DNA from: Minisyncoccia bacterium
GTDB lineage: Bacteria; Patescibacteriota; Minisyncoccia; SW-4-49-11
Assembly: GCA_044356725.1 (NCBI GenBank)
Contig: JBIKVS010000004.1
Span: 28,494 to 92,493, forward strand
Direction of reading: 5' to 3'
DNA: 64,000 bases
How positions within the stretch are numbered: position 1 is the first letter of the stretch; each line of letters opens with the position of its first letter. The notes under the pieces are model-generated. The model saw only the letters and a list, made by a program, of their open reading frames with translations, was not told the DNA's origin and did no database searches. A program made the translations under genes and the position numbers. This document shows, one piece after another, positions 1-8,976 of this stretch.

Positions 1-219
1 GACAGGTAGGGTTAATTTAATTAATAAACTAAACTCTTTTGCCAATCTAAATCGCCTAATCATACTCGGGATAAGAGTAATGATGAATAGAATAAGAGAT
101 AAAGTTCCCATATTCTTACCATACTCTACTCGCTCACTAATTGTAAGAAAGAAAAAAGGTAAGAATAGAACAGGACTACTCCAAGTAAGCCAGATAATGA
201 TTTTGTGTAGAATTTTCAT
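1..219 (-). CDS. Partial CDS; only the N-terminal ~73 codons are in the window (start codon at 217-219) and the gene continues past coordinate 1. The predicted product is a hydrophobic membrane protein.
   Basis: Open frame on the minus strand from an ATG (plus-strand 'cat' at 217-219) running off the window edge. Translation MKILHKIIIWLTWSSPVLFLPFFFLTISERVEYGKNMGTLSLILFIITLIP... is hydrophobic. It is absent from the ORF track because no stop codon lies in the window. Confidence 0.3.
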   Translation of the reverse strand, partial: MKILHKIIIWLTWSSPVLFLPFFFLTISERVEYGKNMGTLSLILFIITLIPSMIRRFRLAKEFSLLIKLTLPV

Positions 220-407
220 AGATTTAAGTTTATAAGTTTAGCTTTATTATAGCATATAGGGTAATAATTATAAATTATGAACGGTGAGTTATGAATGCCG
301 TAGGGGCGACCTTTCAGTCGCCTGTTATTCTACCCCAAACAGTATGAGATATAACATTGACAAAAAGAGGGAAATGTGCTATGGTTCAGAAGGTTTTTTA
401 CTAAACG

Positions 408-926
408 ATGTCCCCCTCCACCTCCTTTCTCGCTGCCCTCGACGCCGCCCTCTGCGCCGACCCCGCCCTTCGCGCCACTCGTGCCCGCGCAGCCATCACC
501 ACTCTCGCCGCCCCCGGTCAGTCCGATACCAGGAACTATATCACCCACAGCTCTTTAGTCGACAACTGCGCCACCCTTGCTGCCAACATTGCTGCACACG
601 TCGCCACTACCGGCAGAGAGCCCAACCTCACCTCCTGTGACACCCTCGCTGTCGCCATCAACTCTTCTCTTCTTGCTCTCCTTATCGACGGCGCAGCCAT
701 CACCACTCTCGCCGCCCTCGGTCAGTCCGATATCAGGAACTATATCACCCACAGCTCTTTAGTCGACAACTGCGCCACCCTTGCTGCCAACATTGCTGCA
801 CACGTCGCCACTACCGGCAGAGAGCCCAACCTCACCTCCTGTGACACCCTCGCTGTCGCCATCAACTCTTCTCTTCTTGCTCTCCTTACCGACGGCGCAC
901 CCCTCAGCGAATCTCATGAGACGTGA
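408..926 (+). CDS. Hypothetical Ala/Leu/Thr-rich protein encoded across a GC-rich tandem duplication; coding status uncertain.
   Basis: 172-aa ORF whose second half repeats the first (…AITTLAA(P/L)GQSD(T/I)RNYITHSSLVDNCATLAANIAAHVATTGREPNLTSCDTLAVAINSSLLALL…). All six frames are open here because of the high GC, so the open frame is weak evidence by itself. The ORF is followed by a terminator-like hairpin plus T-run at 940-976. Confidence 0.25.
   Translation: MSPSTSFLAALDAALCADPALRATRARAAITTLAAPGQSDTRNYITHSSLVDNCATLAANIAAHVATTGREPNLTSCDTLAVAINSSLLALLIDGAAITTLAALGQSDIRNYITHSSLVDNCATLAANIAAHVATTGREPNLTSCDTLAVAINSSLLALLTDGAPLSESHET
493..900. repeat. Tandem direct repeat: two 204-bp units (493-696 and 697-900), near-identical with two C>T differences near each unit's start. 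A partial third unit lies upstream.
   Basis: Direct reading: 'ccatcaccactctcgccgcc(c/t)cggtcagtccgata(c/t)caggaactatatcacccacag…cttatcgacggcgcag' occurs twice head-to-tail. The local composition is visibly GC-rich compared with the flanking AT-rich DNA. Confidence 0.9.
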
Positions 927-939
927 ATTCACTGTTTCT

Positions 940-976
940 CAACCCCCAGCCCCCGATTGTTTCGGAGGGCTGTTTT
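940..976 (+). terminator. Rho-independent terminator-like hairpin followed by a T-run.
   Basis: 'cagcccccgattgtttcggagggctg' forms an imperfect stem and is followed by 'ttttta'. Confidence 0.45.
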
Positions 977-997
977 TATAAAGTAGATAATATAGTT

Positions 998-1019
998 AAA
1001 TGTTCCACGTGGAACATTT
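998..1019. repeat. 22-bp perfect palindrome aaaTGTTCCACGTGGAACAttt (copy 1 of 3).
   Basis: Exact self-complementary sequence. The same 16-bp core recurs at 6290 and 7026. Confidence 0.9.
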
Positions 1020-1387
1020 TAGGGGAAGACAAACAAAAAAAGAGCTGAGCGCCCTTTTTAGAATGATATTTATAATTGTCTTTGCTTGCTTAAGCAGAAT
1101 AATATACTATAATATTTATATAAATTTGTCAAGAGTTGACATTTGTAACCAATAATTTGTCAAAATGTATATTGCAAAGACTTATATTATTCTATTATAT
1201 TTAATCTTAATCTAATCTATTGTCCTCCTCCGTCACCTACGGTGCCACCTCCTCCAAAGGAGGACAGTTAATTATATAATATTCTGTGTCTACCATAACG
1301 AGTATCTTATTCAGCACCTATATTTGCTTTTTTTCCTAATTTAATATACAATAATCCCATTAATAAACTCATTTATCTCCTAATTAT

Positions 1388-3196
1388 ATGAATTCACATA
1401 TCCGTAACCTTGCTATTATTGCTCACGTTGACCATGGTAAAACCACTTTGATGGATGCTATTTTGCATCAAACTCAGATTTTTAGAGAGAATCAGGCTGT
1501 TCAGGAGAGAGTGATGGATTCTATGGATTTGGAGCGAGAAAAAGGTATTACTATTAGGGCTAAGAATGCTTCTGTTACTTATAAAGACTATACTATTAAT
1601 TTGATTGACACTCCCGGGCATGCTGATTTTGGAGGAGAAGTAGAGCGAGTTCTTAAAATGGCTGACGGAGCTCTTTTATTGGTGGATTCTAAAGAGGGGC
1701 CAATGCCTCAAACTAAATTTGTACTTAAAAAAGCTTTAGCTTTAGGGCTTCGTGTAGTAGTGGTTATTAACAAAATTGACCGACCTGATGCTAATCCCGA
1801 TGCAGTGGTGGATAAGACTTTTGACTTATTCGTTACTCTGAATGCTAATGATAAGCAATTAGATTTCCCAATTGTGTATGCTTCGGCTATTAATGGTTCG
1901 GCTTCTTTGGAAACTGACCAGACTGGTAAGGATTTGACTGAACTATTCGAGGTTATTGTGAATGAAATACCAGCTCCGACCTCTCCTATTGAAGAGTCTT
2001 TTCGTATGCTGACTTTGAATTTGCAATTTGATAAATTCAAAGGTACTATGGCTGTCGGTAGAATTGATGCTGGTAAGATAGTGAAGGGTATGTCTGTGGT
2101 TAGAATAGACAAAGCAGGTAATCAGACTAAGAATAGTATCACTAGTTTGCTGAAATACAATGGAATGGAATTAGTGGAGGCTACTGAAATTGTAGCTGGA
2201 GATATTGCGGTGATTGCTGGTATTGCCGATATTGAAATCGGAGATACTATTGCAGATGCTCAAAATCCAGTTCAAATTGCCCCTGTAGAGGTGGAAAGCC
2301 CTACTTTGCAGATGATGTTTGCTATCAACGACAGTCCTTTTTCTGGGAAGGAAGGTAAATATTCTACTTCTCGTATGATCCGAGATAGATTATATAAAGA
2401 GCAAGAGACTAATATTAGTTTGAGAATTGAAGATACAGATAGCCCTGACAAATTCTTGGTAGCTGGCCGTGGGGAGTTGCATTTGGCTGTTTTGATTGAG
2501 ACTATGCGACGAGAGGGATATGAGTTTTCTGTTGGAAGGCCTCAAGTAATTCTCCGAGAGAATAATGGAGCTACAGAAGAGCCTTATGAATTATTGAGTC
2601 TAGATGTGCCTGAAGAGTATAGTGGTAAGATTATTGAAGCTGTAAATAAAAGGCAGGGAGAATTAGTGAATATGGAAATTAATGAGCATAATGAGTCTCA
2701 TATTGAATATAAAATTACTACTCAGAATTTGATTGGGCTAAGGAGTGTATTATTGACTTTATCTAAGGGAACTGTGATTATGAATAGTTCTTTCCTGGAA
2801 TATGGTCCAAGAATGTCTAATGGTAAAGGAAGAGCTACCGGGTCTATTGTGTCTCTGGAACTAGGTAAAATAACCAAATATGCTCTGGATGGAGCTTCTG
2901 ATCGAGGTGTGTTTTTTGTGTCTGATGGAACTGAAGTTTATCCTGGTATGGTCTTAGGAGAATCCAATCGGGAACAAGATGTGGAAATAAACCCCATTAA
3001 AGCTAAAAAATTGACCAATATGAGGGCTTCCGGCTCAGATGACGGTGTATTTATTGCCCCTCCAAAAGATATGTCTCTAGAGGCTAGTATTGAGTATTTG
3101 GCTGATGATGAATTGTTGGAAGTGACTCCACTTAGTCTTCGAATTCGCAAAAGAGTATTAGATTCCAATGAGCGAAAGAGATCTAATAGAGGGTAA
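1388..3196 (+). CDS. typA: Translational GTPase TypA/BipA.
   Basis: N-terminus [22 protein letters not shown] with G-domain motifs DTPGHADF and NKID, length about 600 aa. 'HVDHGKTTL' matches BipA rather than LepA. Confidence 0.9.
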   Translation: MNSHIRNLAIIAHVDHGKTTLMDAILHQTQIFRENQAVQERVMDSMDLEREKGITIRAKNASVTYKDYTINLIDTPGHADFGGEVERVLKMADGALLLVDSKEGPMPQTKFVLKKALALGLRVVVVINKIDRPDANPDAVVDKTFDLFVTLNANDKQLDFPIVYASAINGSASLETDQTGKDLTELFEVIVNEIPAPTSPIEESFRMLTLNLQFDKFKGTMAVGRIDAGKIVKGMSVVRIDKAGNQTKNSITSLLKYNGMELVEATEIVAGDIAVIAGIADIEIGDTIADAQNPVQIAPVEVESPTLQMMFAINDSPFSGKEGKYSTSRMIRDRLYKEQETNISLRIEDTDSPDKFLVAGRGELHLAVLIETMRREGYEFSVGRPQVILRENNGATEEPYELLSLDVPEEYSGKIIEAVNKRQGELVNMEINEHNESHIEYKITTQNLIGLRSVLLTLSKGTVIMNSSFLEYGPRMSNGKGRATGSIVSLELGKITKYALDGASDRGVFFVSDGTEVYPGMVLGESNREQDVEINPIKAKKLTNMRASGSDDGVFIAPPKDMSLEASIEYLADDELLEVTPLSLRIRKRVLDSNERKRSNRG

Positions 3197-3942
3197 ATTA
3201 AAAAGCCCCACAGTGTGAGGCTAGGGATGTAAATTTTAATTGAAGTCTATAATTATGCCGATACTGAATATTTCCAAGAGAATAAGAATTTAAGTATAAT
3301 ATGTTTACAAGAGTGACTTGGTAATGTAAACTCTAAAGTATCAGAATATCTATATTGTTCAGAATTTATAGTACTTAAAATCTCCTTTCTCAATATATTT
3401 AAATTTCCATGATACTTACCTCTTATTTTTTGTAGTAATTTAGGGTAGTTCGTATCAGACATTATTTCTGCCCAGTGGCACTTCTGCATTTTCAATTCAG
3501 GTTCTAGAAAAGAAAGAAAATGTATTACATTAACTCTCATGACAGGTCTTGAGTGAGTTTTCTATATTTATATACCATAAATTGTAGTAAAATTGCAAGT
3601 TTTTTGTATTCTGCTATTTCAAAAATATCAAATAATCTTATTAACTATTTACAAAGTCAAATATATATGATATATATTAAATGCTAAGCTATCTTTTTTC
3701 ATCATGTACCCTCGAACAATTTGGTTTTTTTTGTCTAATTTGCTTAACTTTTTGAGTGTAAAGATTGAACATACGTGTTATTTGATTGAGAATTTAGTCA
3801 AATATTCCCTCAAATTACCTCTTTTTTTGGCGGCTATACTACAGAATGGTAGTGTATTTATTTATCACAGAAAAGTAAGAGAAACATACACGAGCACGAG
3901 AACTGAAGCTAATTAATCAATATTTTATTTAAATTTCAAACC

Positions 3943-3977
3943 TCACCTCCTTGGAGTCATACTCCGGAGGTTTTTTG
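3943..3977 (+). terminator. Strong rho-independent terminator (nested hairpin plus T6) inside a gene-poor ~1-kb stretch.
   Basis: 'acctcc ttggagtcatactcc ggaggt' is followed by 'tttttt'. No convincing upstream CDS is present (the 70-aa ORF at 3704-3916 looks spurious). Confidence 0.5.
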
Positions 3978-4243
3978 TTTATAAATTTTATAATATGGAA
4001 GGATAAACATTTACCCCCTCCTAATATCTCTTTACAAGAGCTAATAGGAGGGACTTAAAGCTCCCTCCAACTACTTACGGCAGTTAGAAAAGAGGACAAA
4101 AATACTCCACCCCGTCTCCTCGCTATGTAAACATAACAAGAATCCACCCCTCAAGAGGGGAATTTAAAAACAAGATCATATCAAGGATATGCGACAAAAA
4201 GTCGCCCTTGCAAAATTATCAACTCACTATTCACTACTCACAA

Positions 4244-5230
4244 TTAAATCAATCTATACAAAGCTTCAGCAAGTTTAAGTGGATCATGTCGGATTAAAGT
4301 CCTTCTAAGAGAATCTTTTTTATTTGGGTTGATAAATATACCATCTGCAATTAAATCAGCTCCTATAAGGGTAGTTTTACCAAGCTTATTAGCTTTACTT
4401 GATTTGACAACAGGTTCTCCCTCCTCTTGATACTTTGCTACCAATTTTGGATCAGGTTGAGTGGTATTATATAAAGCTATATCTATAACTTCAGTCCCCA
4501 TAAACTTATTCAGTTGTCTAATATGTTCCTCTACTGACCATTGTTTATGTCCAGCTACTTTAGACATCAGATTTACATTATAAATAATTTGAGCTTGGGT
4601 TTTTTCTAAGGCTTGACTCATTCCTGGAACTATCAAATTAGGTAGTAAACTCCCGTAAAAAAGACCAGGTCCGATGACAACACTATCTGCTTCCATAATA
4701 GCTTCTTTGGCTCTGGGATTGAGTGTGGTTTTGGGAATTAACTTTAATTCTTTGACAGGATGCTGTAAATATTCTGTAGAATCGTGGATTCTAGCTTCTC
4801 CCAATAGTTCAGTTCCGTTGTCAAGAGTAATAGATAGATTAATACTATCTGTGGTGACGGGTATAACCTCTCCTTTGATGGATAAAATATCACCAGCAGT
4901 TTTGACAGCTTCTTCAAAATTACCAGTAATTTTTTCTAGAGCTGATAAAAATAAATTTCCAAAATTATGTCCAGTCAATTCTCCACAGTCAAATCTATAG
5001 TTGAATAAATGTCTTAGAATTTCAGGTGATTCAGCAAGAGCCACTAGACATTGTCTAATATCTCCTGGTGGTAAAACTCCCAATTCATCTCTTAGCTTAC
5101 CAGTAGAACCACCATTATCCACCATATTAACTATAGCTTTAAGATTTAGATTGCTAAATAATTTTAATCCAGATAAAACAGTGAAAGAGCCAGTTCCTCC
5201 ACCAATCACCACTATATTTTTATTAGACAT
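4244..5230 (-). CDS. yvcK: YvcK/CofD-like (UPF0052) gluconeogenesis-factor family protein.
   Basis: N-terminal IVVIGGGTGSFTVLSGLK and NMVDNGGSTGKLRDELGVLPPGDIRQC, as in YvcK/2-phospho-L-lactate-transferase-like proteins. The ORF-track start at 5236 is TTG; the ATG at 5230 (MSNKN) is preferred. Confidence 0.8.
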   Translation of the reverse strand: MSNKNIVVIGGGTGSFTVLSGLKLFSNLNLKAIVNMVDNGGSTGKLRDELGVLPPGDIRQCLVALAESPEILRHLFNYRFDCGELTGHNFGNLFLSALEKITGNFEEAVKTAGDILSIKGEVIPVTTDSINLSITLDNGTELLGEARIHDSTEYLQHPVKELKLIPKTTLNPRAKEAIMEADSVVIGPGLFYGSLLPNLIVPGMSQALEKTQAQIIYNVNLMSKVAGHKQWSVEEHIRQLNKFMGTEVIDIALYNTTQPDPKLVAKYQEEGEPVVKSSKANKLGKTTLIGADLIADGIFINPNKKDSLRRTLIRHDPLKLAEALYRLI

Positions 5231-5397
5231 AAACAAAATTTAATAATAATTGTGGATAACTTGGGTATAAGTCGGGGTTTCTCACAAGTTATCCACAAAA
5301 TGGAATATGATATGATTATAATAAATACATATACATATATTAAATATATATTATTCTTTAGCTGATAGCAAGATTAGATTATTGAAAAGTAAATGAA

Positions 5398-6660
5398 ATG
5401 CAGAATAAAATTAAATTATTTATATATACTAGTATAGGCATAAGTTTGCCATTTTTGATAAGGACAACCTTATTTGAATATAATATTAGAAATATTAGTT
5501 CTCCGTATGCAACTATATATTTACATAGTCTAGATATAATCTTTCTTATAGCTATATTCTTTTTTTGGTGGAAAACTAAAAATCTACCATTTAGTGATAT
5601 AAAAAATGTGGATAAGTTATGGATAACTTTATTTTCTCTTATATTTTTACACTTGTTTTGGGTAAAATATCCTCTTTTGACTTGGGTTTCTGGAATGAGA
5701 TTTTATTTAGGACTAGCCTTGATTTGGTATATAAGTAGATTTCAATATTTAGCCAGAGACCTGAAATACACTATAAACGGACTCTTTATTGGGATGTTAG
5801 CTCAAGCTATTATAGTTATAGCTCAATTTGGATTACAAAAAAATCTTGGATTACCTCTTGTGATAGAACCGGTTTTATCTAATAGTATTGCAGGTGTGGC
5901 TAAAGTTGATATTTTTAACAATACCTTTATAAGGGGTTATGGAACTTTTCCACATCCTAATATATTGGGTTATGTTGGTATATTAGCTTTAATTTTGTTA
6001 TATGCTCAAAAACTAGGCAGAAAACTATCTATAATAATTTACTCGGCTACTATTATTATTGCAGGACTTATAGATCATTATATCTTAACCTCAATACAAG
6101 CTTTTGGGATATCTATTTTGACAGCAACATATCTTTTATACGCTAGATTAGATGGATTTGGTAAGGTTTTTCGTAAATTTATAATTCTTATTCTACACCT
6201 TTTAATCTTACTTAGTTTTTCTAAAACGGCTATAGCATTGCTTTTAGCGTTAGACTTAGTATATTTGACAACATCGACTCAAAAGTCAATGTTCCACGTG
6301 GAACAATTTCAAAGAATATTAAAATCCCTGCCAAGATTATTCGTCAACGCAATGTCCGTATCGGGAATCATATTCTTATGGATTATTCCATATGCACAAA
6401 TTATAGACACCATAACCAAAAGGTTTCTATATGTACAGGATGCTTTTCAAATGATAGGTTCTAATTTATTCTTTGGAGTTGGGTTGGGGCAGTATGTTAT
6501 AAATTTATCTGATAATCGTGAATTATGGCAATATGAGCCGGTGCATAATATACTTTTATTACTATGGAGCGAGCTTGGCTTTATTGGACTTAGTCTTATA
6601 ATAGTAATTTTTTGTGTGGAATGTTACACTTATGTATATGGATACAAAAAACAAAGGTGA
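5398..6660 (+). CDS. O-antigen ligase (Wzy_C)-like polytopic membrane protein.
   Basis: Many TM helices. C-terminal motif …YEPVHNILLLLWSELGFIGLSLIIV (H..N.yL..l.E.G..G) is typical of the O-antigen ligase/Wzy_C family. The CACGTG palindrome at 6290-6305 lies inside the CDS. Confidence 0.6.
   Translation: MQNKIKLFIYTSIGISLPFLIRTTLFEYNIRNISSPYATIYLHSLDIIFLIAIFFFWWKTKNLPFSDIKNVDKLWITLFSLIFLHLFWVKYPLLTWVSGMRFYLGLALIWYISRFQYLARDLKYTINGLFIGMLAQAIIVIAQFGLQKNLGLPLVIEPVLSNSIAGVAKVDIFNNTFIRGYGTFPHPNILGYVGILALILLYAQKLGRKLSIIIYSATIIIAGLIDHYILTSIQAFGISILTATYLLYARLDGFGKVFRKFIILILHLLILLSFSKTAIALLLALDLVYLTTSTQKSMFHVEQFQRILKSLPRLFVNAMSVSGIIFLWIIPYAQIIDTITKRFLYVQDAFQMIGSNLFFGVGLGQYVINLSDNRELWQYEPVHNILLLLWSELGFIGLSLIIVIFCVECYTYVYGYKKQR
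6290..6305. repeat. 16-bp perfect palindrome TGTTCCACGTGGAACA (copy 2 of 3), inside the ligase-like CDS.
   Basis: Exact match to the core at 1001-1016 and 7027-7044. Confidence 0.9.
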
Positions 6661-7024
6661 TTTGGGTGAAAGATTGGCGGTAAAATTATTACTATCCAAA
6701 GGGTTTGAAATTATAGACCAAAATGTAAGATTGGGTAAGTTCTCAGAACTAGACATTATTGCTATTAAGGATAAAGTTTTACACATCATAGAAGTCAAAA
6801 CTGTGTATAAATGTGGAAAACTTGGGGATAACTTAGATTTTCCTATATATAATATCACTCCAAGAAAGATCAAACATCTCAAACTAGGTGCTCAAATGTA
6901 TGTGCAGAAGCGGAAATTACAAGATATGGATATGACAATAGATGCTATTGCCTGTATTGTGGATAATTGTCATAAGAAAAGTTGGATTAAGCTTTATCCT
7001 AATATTCTAGAGGGGCTTGACTAA
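6638..7024 (+). CDS. yraN: YraN-family (UPF0102) predicted endonuclease.
   Basis: KGDLGERLAVKLLLSKGFEIIDQNVR…ELDIIAIKDKVLHIIEVKT matches the YraN signature. The start is taken at MDTKNKGD; it overlaps the end of the upstream gene. Confidence 0.65.
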   Translation: MDTKNKGDLGERLAVKLLLSKGFEIIDQNVRLGKFSELDIIAIKDKVLHIIEVKTVYKCGKLGDNLDFPIYNITPRKIKHLKLGAQMYVQKRKLQDMDMTIDAIACIVDNCHKKSWIKLYPNILEGLD

Positions 7025-7025
7025 A

Positions 7026-7045
7026 TTGTTCCACGTGGAACAATG
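7026..7045. repeat. 20-bp perfect palindrome atTGTTCCACGTGGAACAat (copy 3 of 3), immediately after the yraN stop codon.
   Basis: Exact palindrome. It sits 736 bp downstream of copy 2. Confidence 0.9.
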
Positions 7046-7143
7046 GCGAAATATTGAAAAATAAAAGTTTTTACAGTACAATTATATTTATCATTTAATT
7101 CAAAGATCAGAATTATTGAACAGTATAAATAATAGATTTTAAT

Positions 7144-8277
7144 ATGGACAAAATAGAAAAGATTTTTACAGAAGCTATGGCTCTTGGAGATATTAAGGTA
7201 AATGGAGATAGAGTTTGGGACTTTCAGGTTAAAAATCCAGCTATTTGGCAAAGAATGCTGAAAGATGGTTCAATGGGTGTCGGTGAGGGGTATGTAGAAG
7301 GTTGGTGGGATGTAGAGGCTTTGGATGAATTCTTATTTAGAATAAGAAAATATAAAGTTTTGGATGCTTTATCTGATGTTTTTGGGGGTTCTTGGCAAAA
7401 TCGACTATATGTTTTACAAAGTAAGGTTTTGAATTTACAAGATAAAGAAAAAAGTAAGAGAGTAGCTAAAGAGCATTATGATATAGGGAATGATTTGTAT
7501 ACTAGAATGCTTGATCCTTATATGCAATATACCTGTGCTTATTGGAAAAATGCTGATAATTTAAATCAAGCTCAAGAGAATAAATTAGATTTGATTTGCC
7601 GTAAATTAAAGTTAGAAAAAGGAATGAGAGTACTAGACATTGGTTGTGGTTGGGGCGGTTTATTGAAGTTTGCTTCAGAGAGATATGGTGTTATTGGAGT
7701 TGGGATTACTATTTCACAAGAGCAACAAAAATTAGCTCAAGATACTGTTAAGGAGCTTCCAATAGAAATTGTTTTAGCTGATTATAGAGAATATTCATCA
7801 GAGCCTTTTGATAGGGTGGTTTCAGTTGGGATGTTAGAGCATGTAGGGTATAAAAATTATAAAGAGTATATGGAGGCTGTGAATAAGAATCTAAAAGATG
7901 ATGGTTTAGCTCTTTTACATACTATTGGAGATAGTGTTTCTACTACCACTACTGAACCTTGGATAGACAAATATATATTCCCAGGAGGTCAAATACCATC
8001 TTTGCAACAATTATCTAAATCTTGGGAAAGCATATTAACTATACAAGATTTGCATAATATTGGACCAGATTATGACCTTACTCTGATGGCTTGGTATGAG
8101 AATTTCACACAATCTTGGCCAGAGTTAAAAGATAAATACGGAGAAGAGTTTTATAGACTATGGGAATATTATCTTTTGAGTTGCGCTGGTAGTTTTAGGT
8201 CTGGATATCTACAGTTGTGGCAAATGGTATTCACTAAGCAATATAATCGACTAGAAAGATACGAAGCTGAGAGATAG
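7144..8277 (+). CDS. cfa: Cyclopropane-fatty-acyl-phospholipid synthase.
   Basis: SAM-dependent methyltransferase motif VLDIGCGWGGLLKFASERYG, plus YTCAYW and VGMLEHVGYKNYKEY; length about 377 aa. Confidence 0.85.
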   Translation: MDKIEKIFTEAMALGDIKVNGDRVWDFQVKNPAIWQRMLKDGSMGVGEGYVEGWWDVEALDEFLFRIRKYKVLDALSDVFGGSWQNRLYVLQSKVLNLQDKEKSKRVAKEHYDIGNDLYTRMLDPYMQYTCAYWKNADNLNQAQENKLDLICRKLKLEKGMRVLDIGCGWGGLLKFASERYGVIGVGITISQEQQKLAQDTVKELPIEIVLADYREYSSEPFDRVVSVGMLEHVGYKNYKEYMEAVNKNLKDDGLALLHTIGDSVSTTTTEPWIDKYIFPGGQIPSLQQLSKSWESILTIQDLHNIGPDYDLTLMAWYENFTQSWPELKDKYGEEFYRLWEYYLLSCAGSFRSGYLQLWQMVFTKQYNRLERYEAER

Positions 8278-8304
8278 AAACTTTAATGGTGAATTACTCT
8301 CTTC

Positions 8305-8333
8305 TTGTCAAAATTCTAAAAATAAGATATAAT
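8305..8333 (+). promoter_or_regulatory. Sigma70-like promoter upstream of tRNA-Leu(TAA).
   Basis: TTGTCA, a 17-bp spacer, then TATAAT, ending 13 bp before the tRNA 5' end. Confidence 0.45.
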
Positions 8334-8346
8334 GATTTCACTATCA

Positions 8347-8431
8347 GCTAGGGTGGCGGAATGGTAGACGCAACGGACTTAAAATCCGTCGGTGATTAAA
8401 CACTGTGAGGGTTCAAGTCCCTCTCCTAGTA
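8347..8431 (+). tRNA. tRNA-Leu (anticodon TAA), class II with a long variable arm; CCA not encoded.
   Basis: Hand-folded: acceptor gctaggg/tcctagt (two G-U pairs), D-arm gcg-gaatggtaga-cgc, anticodon stem acgga/tccgt with loop cTTAAaa, long variable arm, T-arm gaggg-ttcaagt-ccctc, discriminator A. Confidence 0.8.
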
Positions 8432-8579
8432 CAAATTATAGAAACAAAAAAGCAATAGTCAGTTTTGACTATTGCTCAGGACTTGAAGGTCGGAGCGATG
8501 TGTGAGTTTGTGCGAAGCACAAGGCGAACACCGCGAGACGGGGTCGCGAGAATTTTCCGTCAGGAAAATTACTTGTGAC

Positions 8580-8602
8580 CAAGTCCCTCTCCTAGTACAA
8601 AT
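8580..8602 (+). repeat. 23-nt direct repeat of the tRNA-Leu(TAA) 3' end (caagtccctctcctagtacaaat), about 150 bp downstream of the tRNA; att-like.
   Basis: Exact duplicate of 8414-8436. The intervening 8437-8579 contains two perfect hairpins (gcaatagtc-agtttt-gactattgc and aattttcc-gtca-ggaaaatt) and a GC-rich segment. Confidence 0.85.
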
Positions 8603-8610
8603 AGAGAAGC

Positions 8611-8635
8611 AGTCCGTTTGGACTGTTTTTTAATT
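8611..8635 (+). terminator. Rho-independent terminator following the second copy of the tRNA 3' end.
   Basis: 'gcagtccgtttggactg' followed by 'tttttt'. Confidence 0.6.
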
Positions 8636-8639
8636 CCCC

Positions 8640-8966
8640 TCTTGAAGGGTGTCCCAAAGGGGCGGGGTGGATGGATTTATAAAACACAGGTGACATAAGG
8701 TCGCCCCTACGGGATGAGTGTAAAGCAAATGTCATTGCCTGCTTTAGGCAGAGATGTCTCCATTGAGCGACCGAAAATACTGTCCTCCCTTGGGGGAGGT
8801 GTCACGAAGTGACGGAGGAGGACAAAAAGCTCAAGTTTCAAAATACTTCCACCCCGTCCAGCGAAGCTGTCCACCCCCTCAATTTATCTCCATCCCTACG
8901 GGAGGTAAACCCGTAGGCAGAGAGGGGAATTTAAGGCAACTGAAAGATCGTTCTCTCCTAGTATAT
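8640..8966. repeat. Block of mosaic GC-rich intergenic repeat modules; these hairpin-forming modules are shared with at least eight other intergenic sites in the window.
   Basis: Contains modules that recur elsewhere in the window: 'aggtcgcccctacg' (family A); 'ctgtcctcccttgggggaggtgtcacgaagtgacggaggaggaca' (family C, compare 29519 and 32158); 'ccaccccgtc…gaggggaatttaa' (compare 4095-4165); and 'tctctcctagtata' (a tRNA-3'-end-like fragment). Confidence 0.7.
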
Positions 8967-8976
8967 CTTTAAAATA

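Noticed and set aside
493-900. The 204-bp tandem units as the template and variable repeats of a diversity-generating retroelement.
   Set aside because: The two copies differ only at two C/T positions, not at adenine-specific sites. No reverse-transcriptase gene is nearby.
6290-7045. The CACGTG palindromes as terminal inverted repeats of an IS or MITE carrying yraN.
   Set aside because: A perfect palindrome is its own inverted repeat, so it does not define element ends. There is no transposase and no target-site duplication. The third copy at 998 has no partner. A protein-binding or uptake motif is more likely.
8437-8579. The GC-rich insert after tRNA-Leu(TAA) as tmRNA, RNase P RNA, a group I intron, or a second tRNA.
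   Set aside because: There is no tRNA-like acceptor/T-arm apart from the duplicated 3' end. It has no tmRNA 5'/3' ends or resume-codon tag region. It lies outside the anticodon loop, so it is not a tRNA-Leu intron. It is too short for RNase P RNA. It is left as an unclassified insert.
8754-8972. A 72-aa ORF (MSPLSDRKY…).
   Set aside because: It lies entirely within mosaic GC-rich repeat modules (8640-8966), where the stop-codon paucity caused by high GC keeps frames open. It has no ribosome-binding site.
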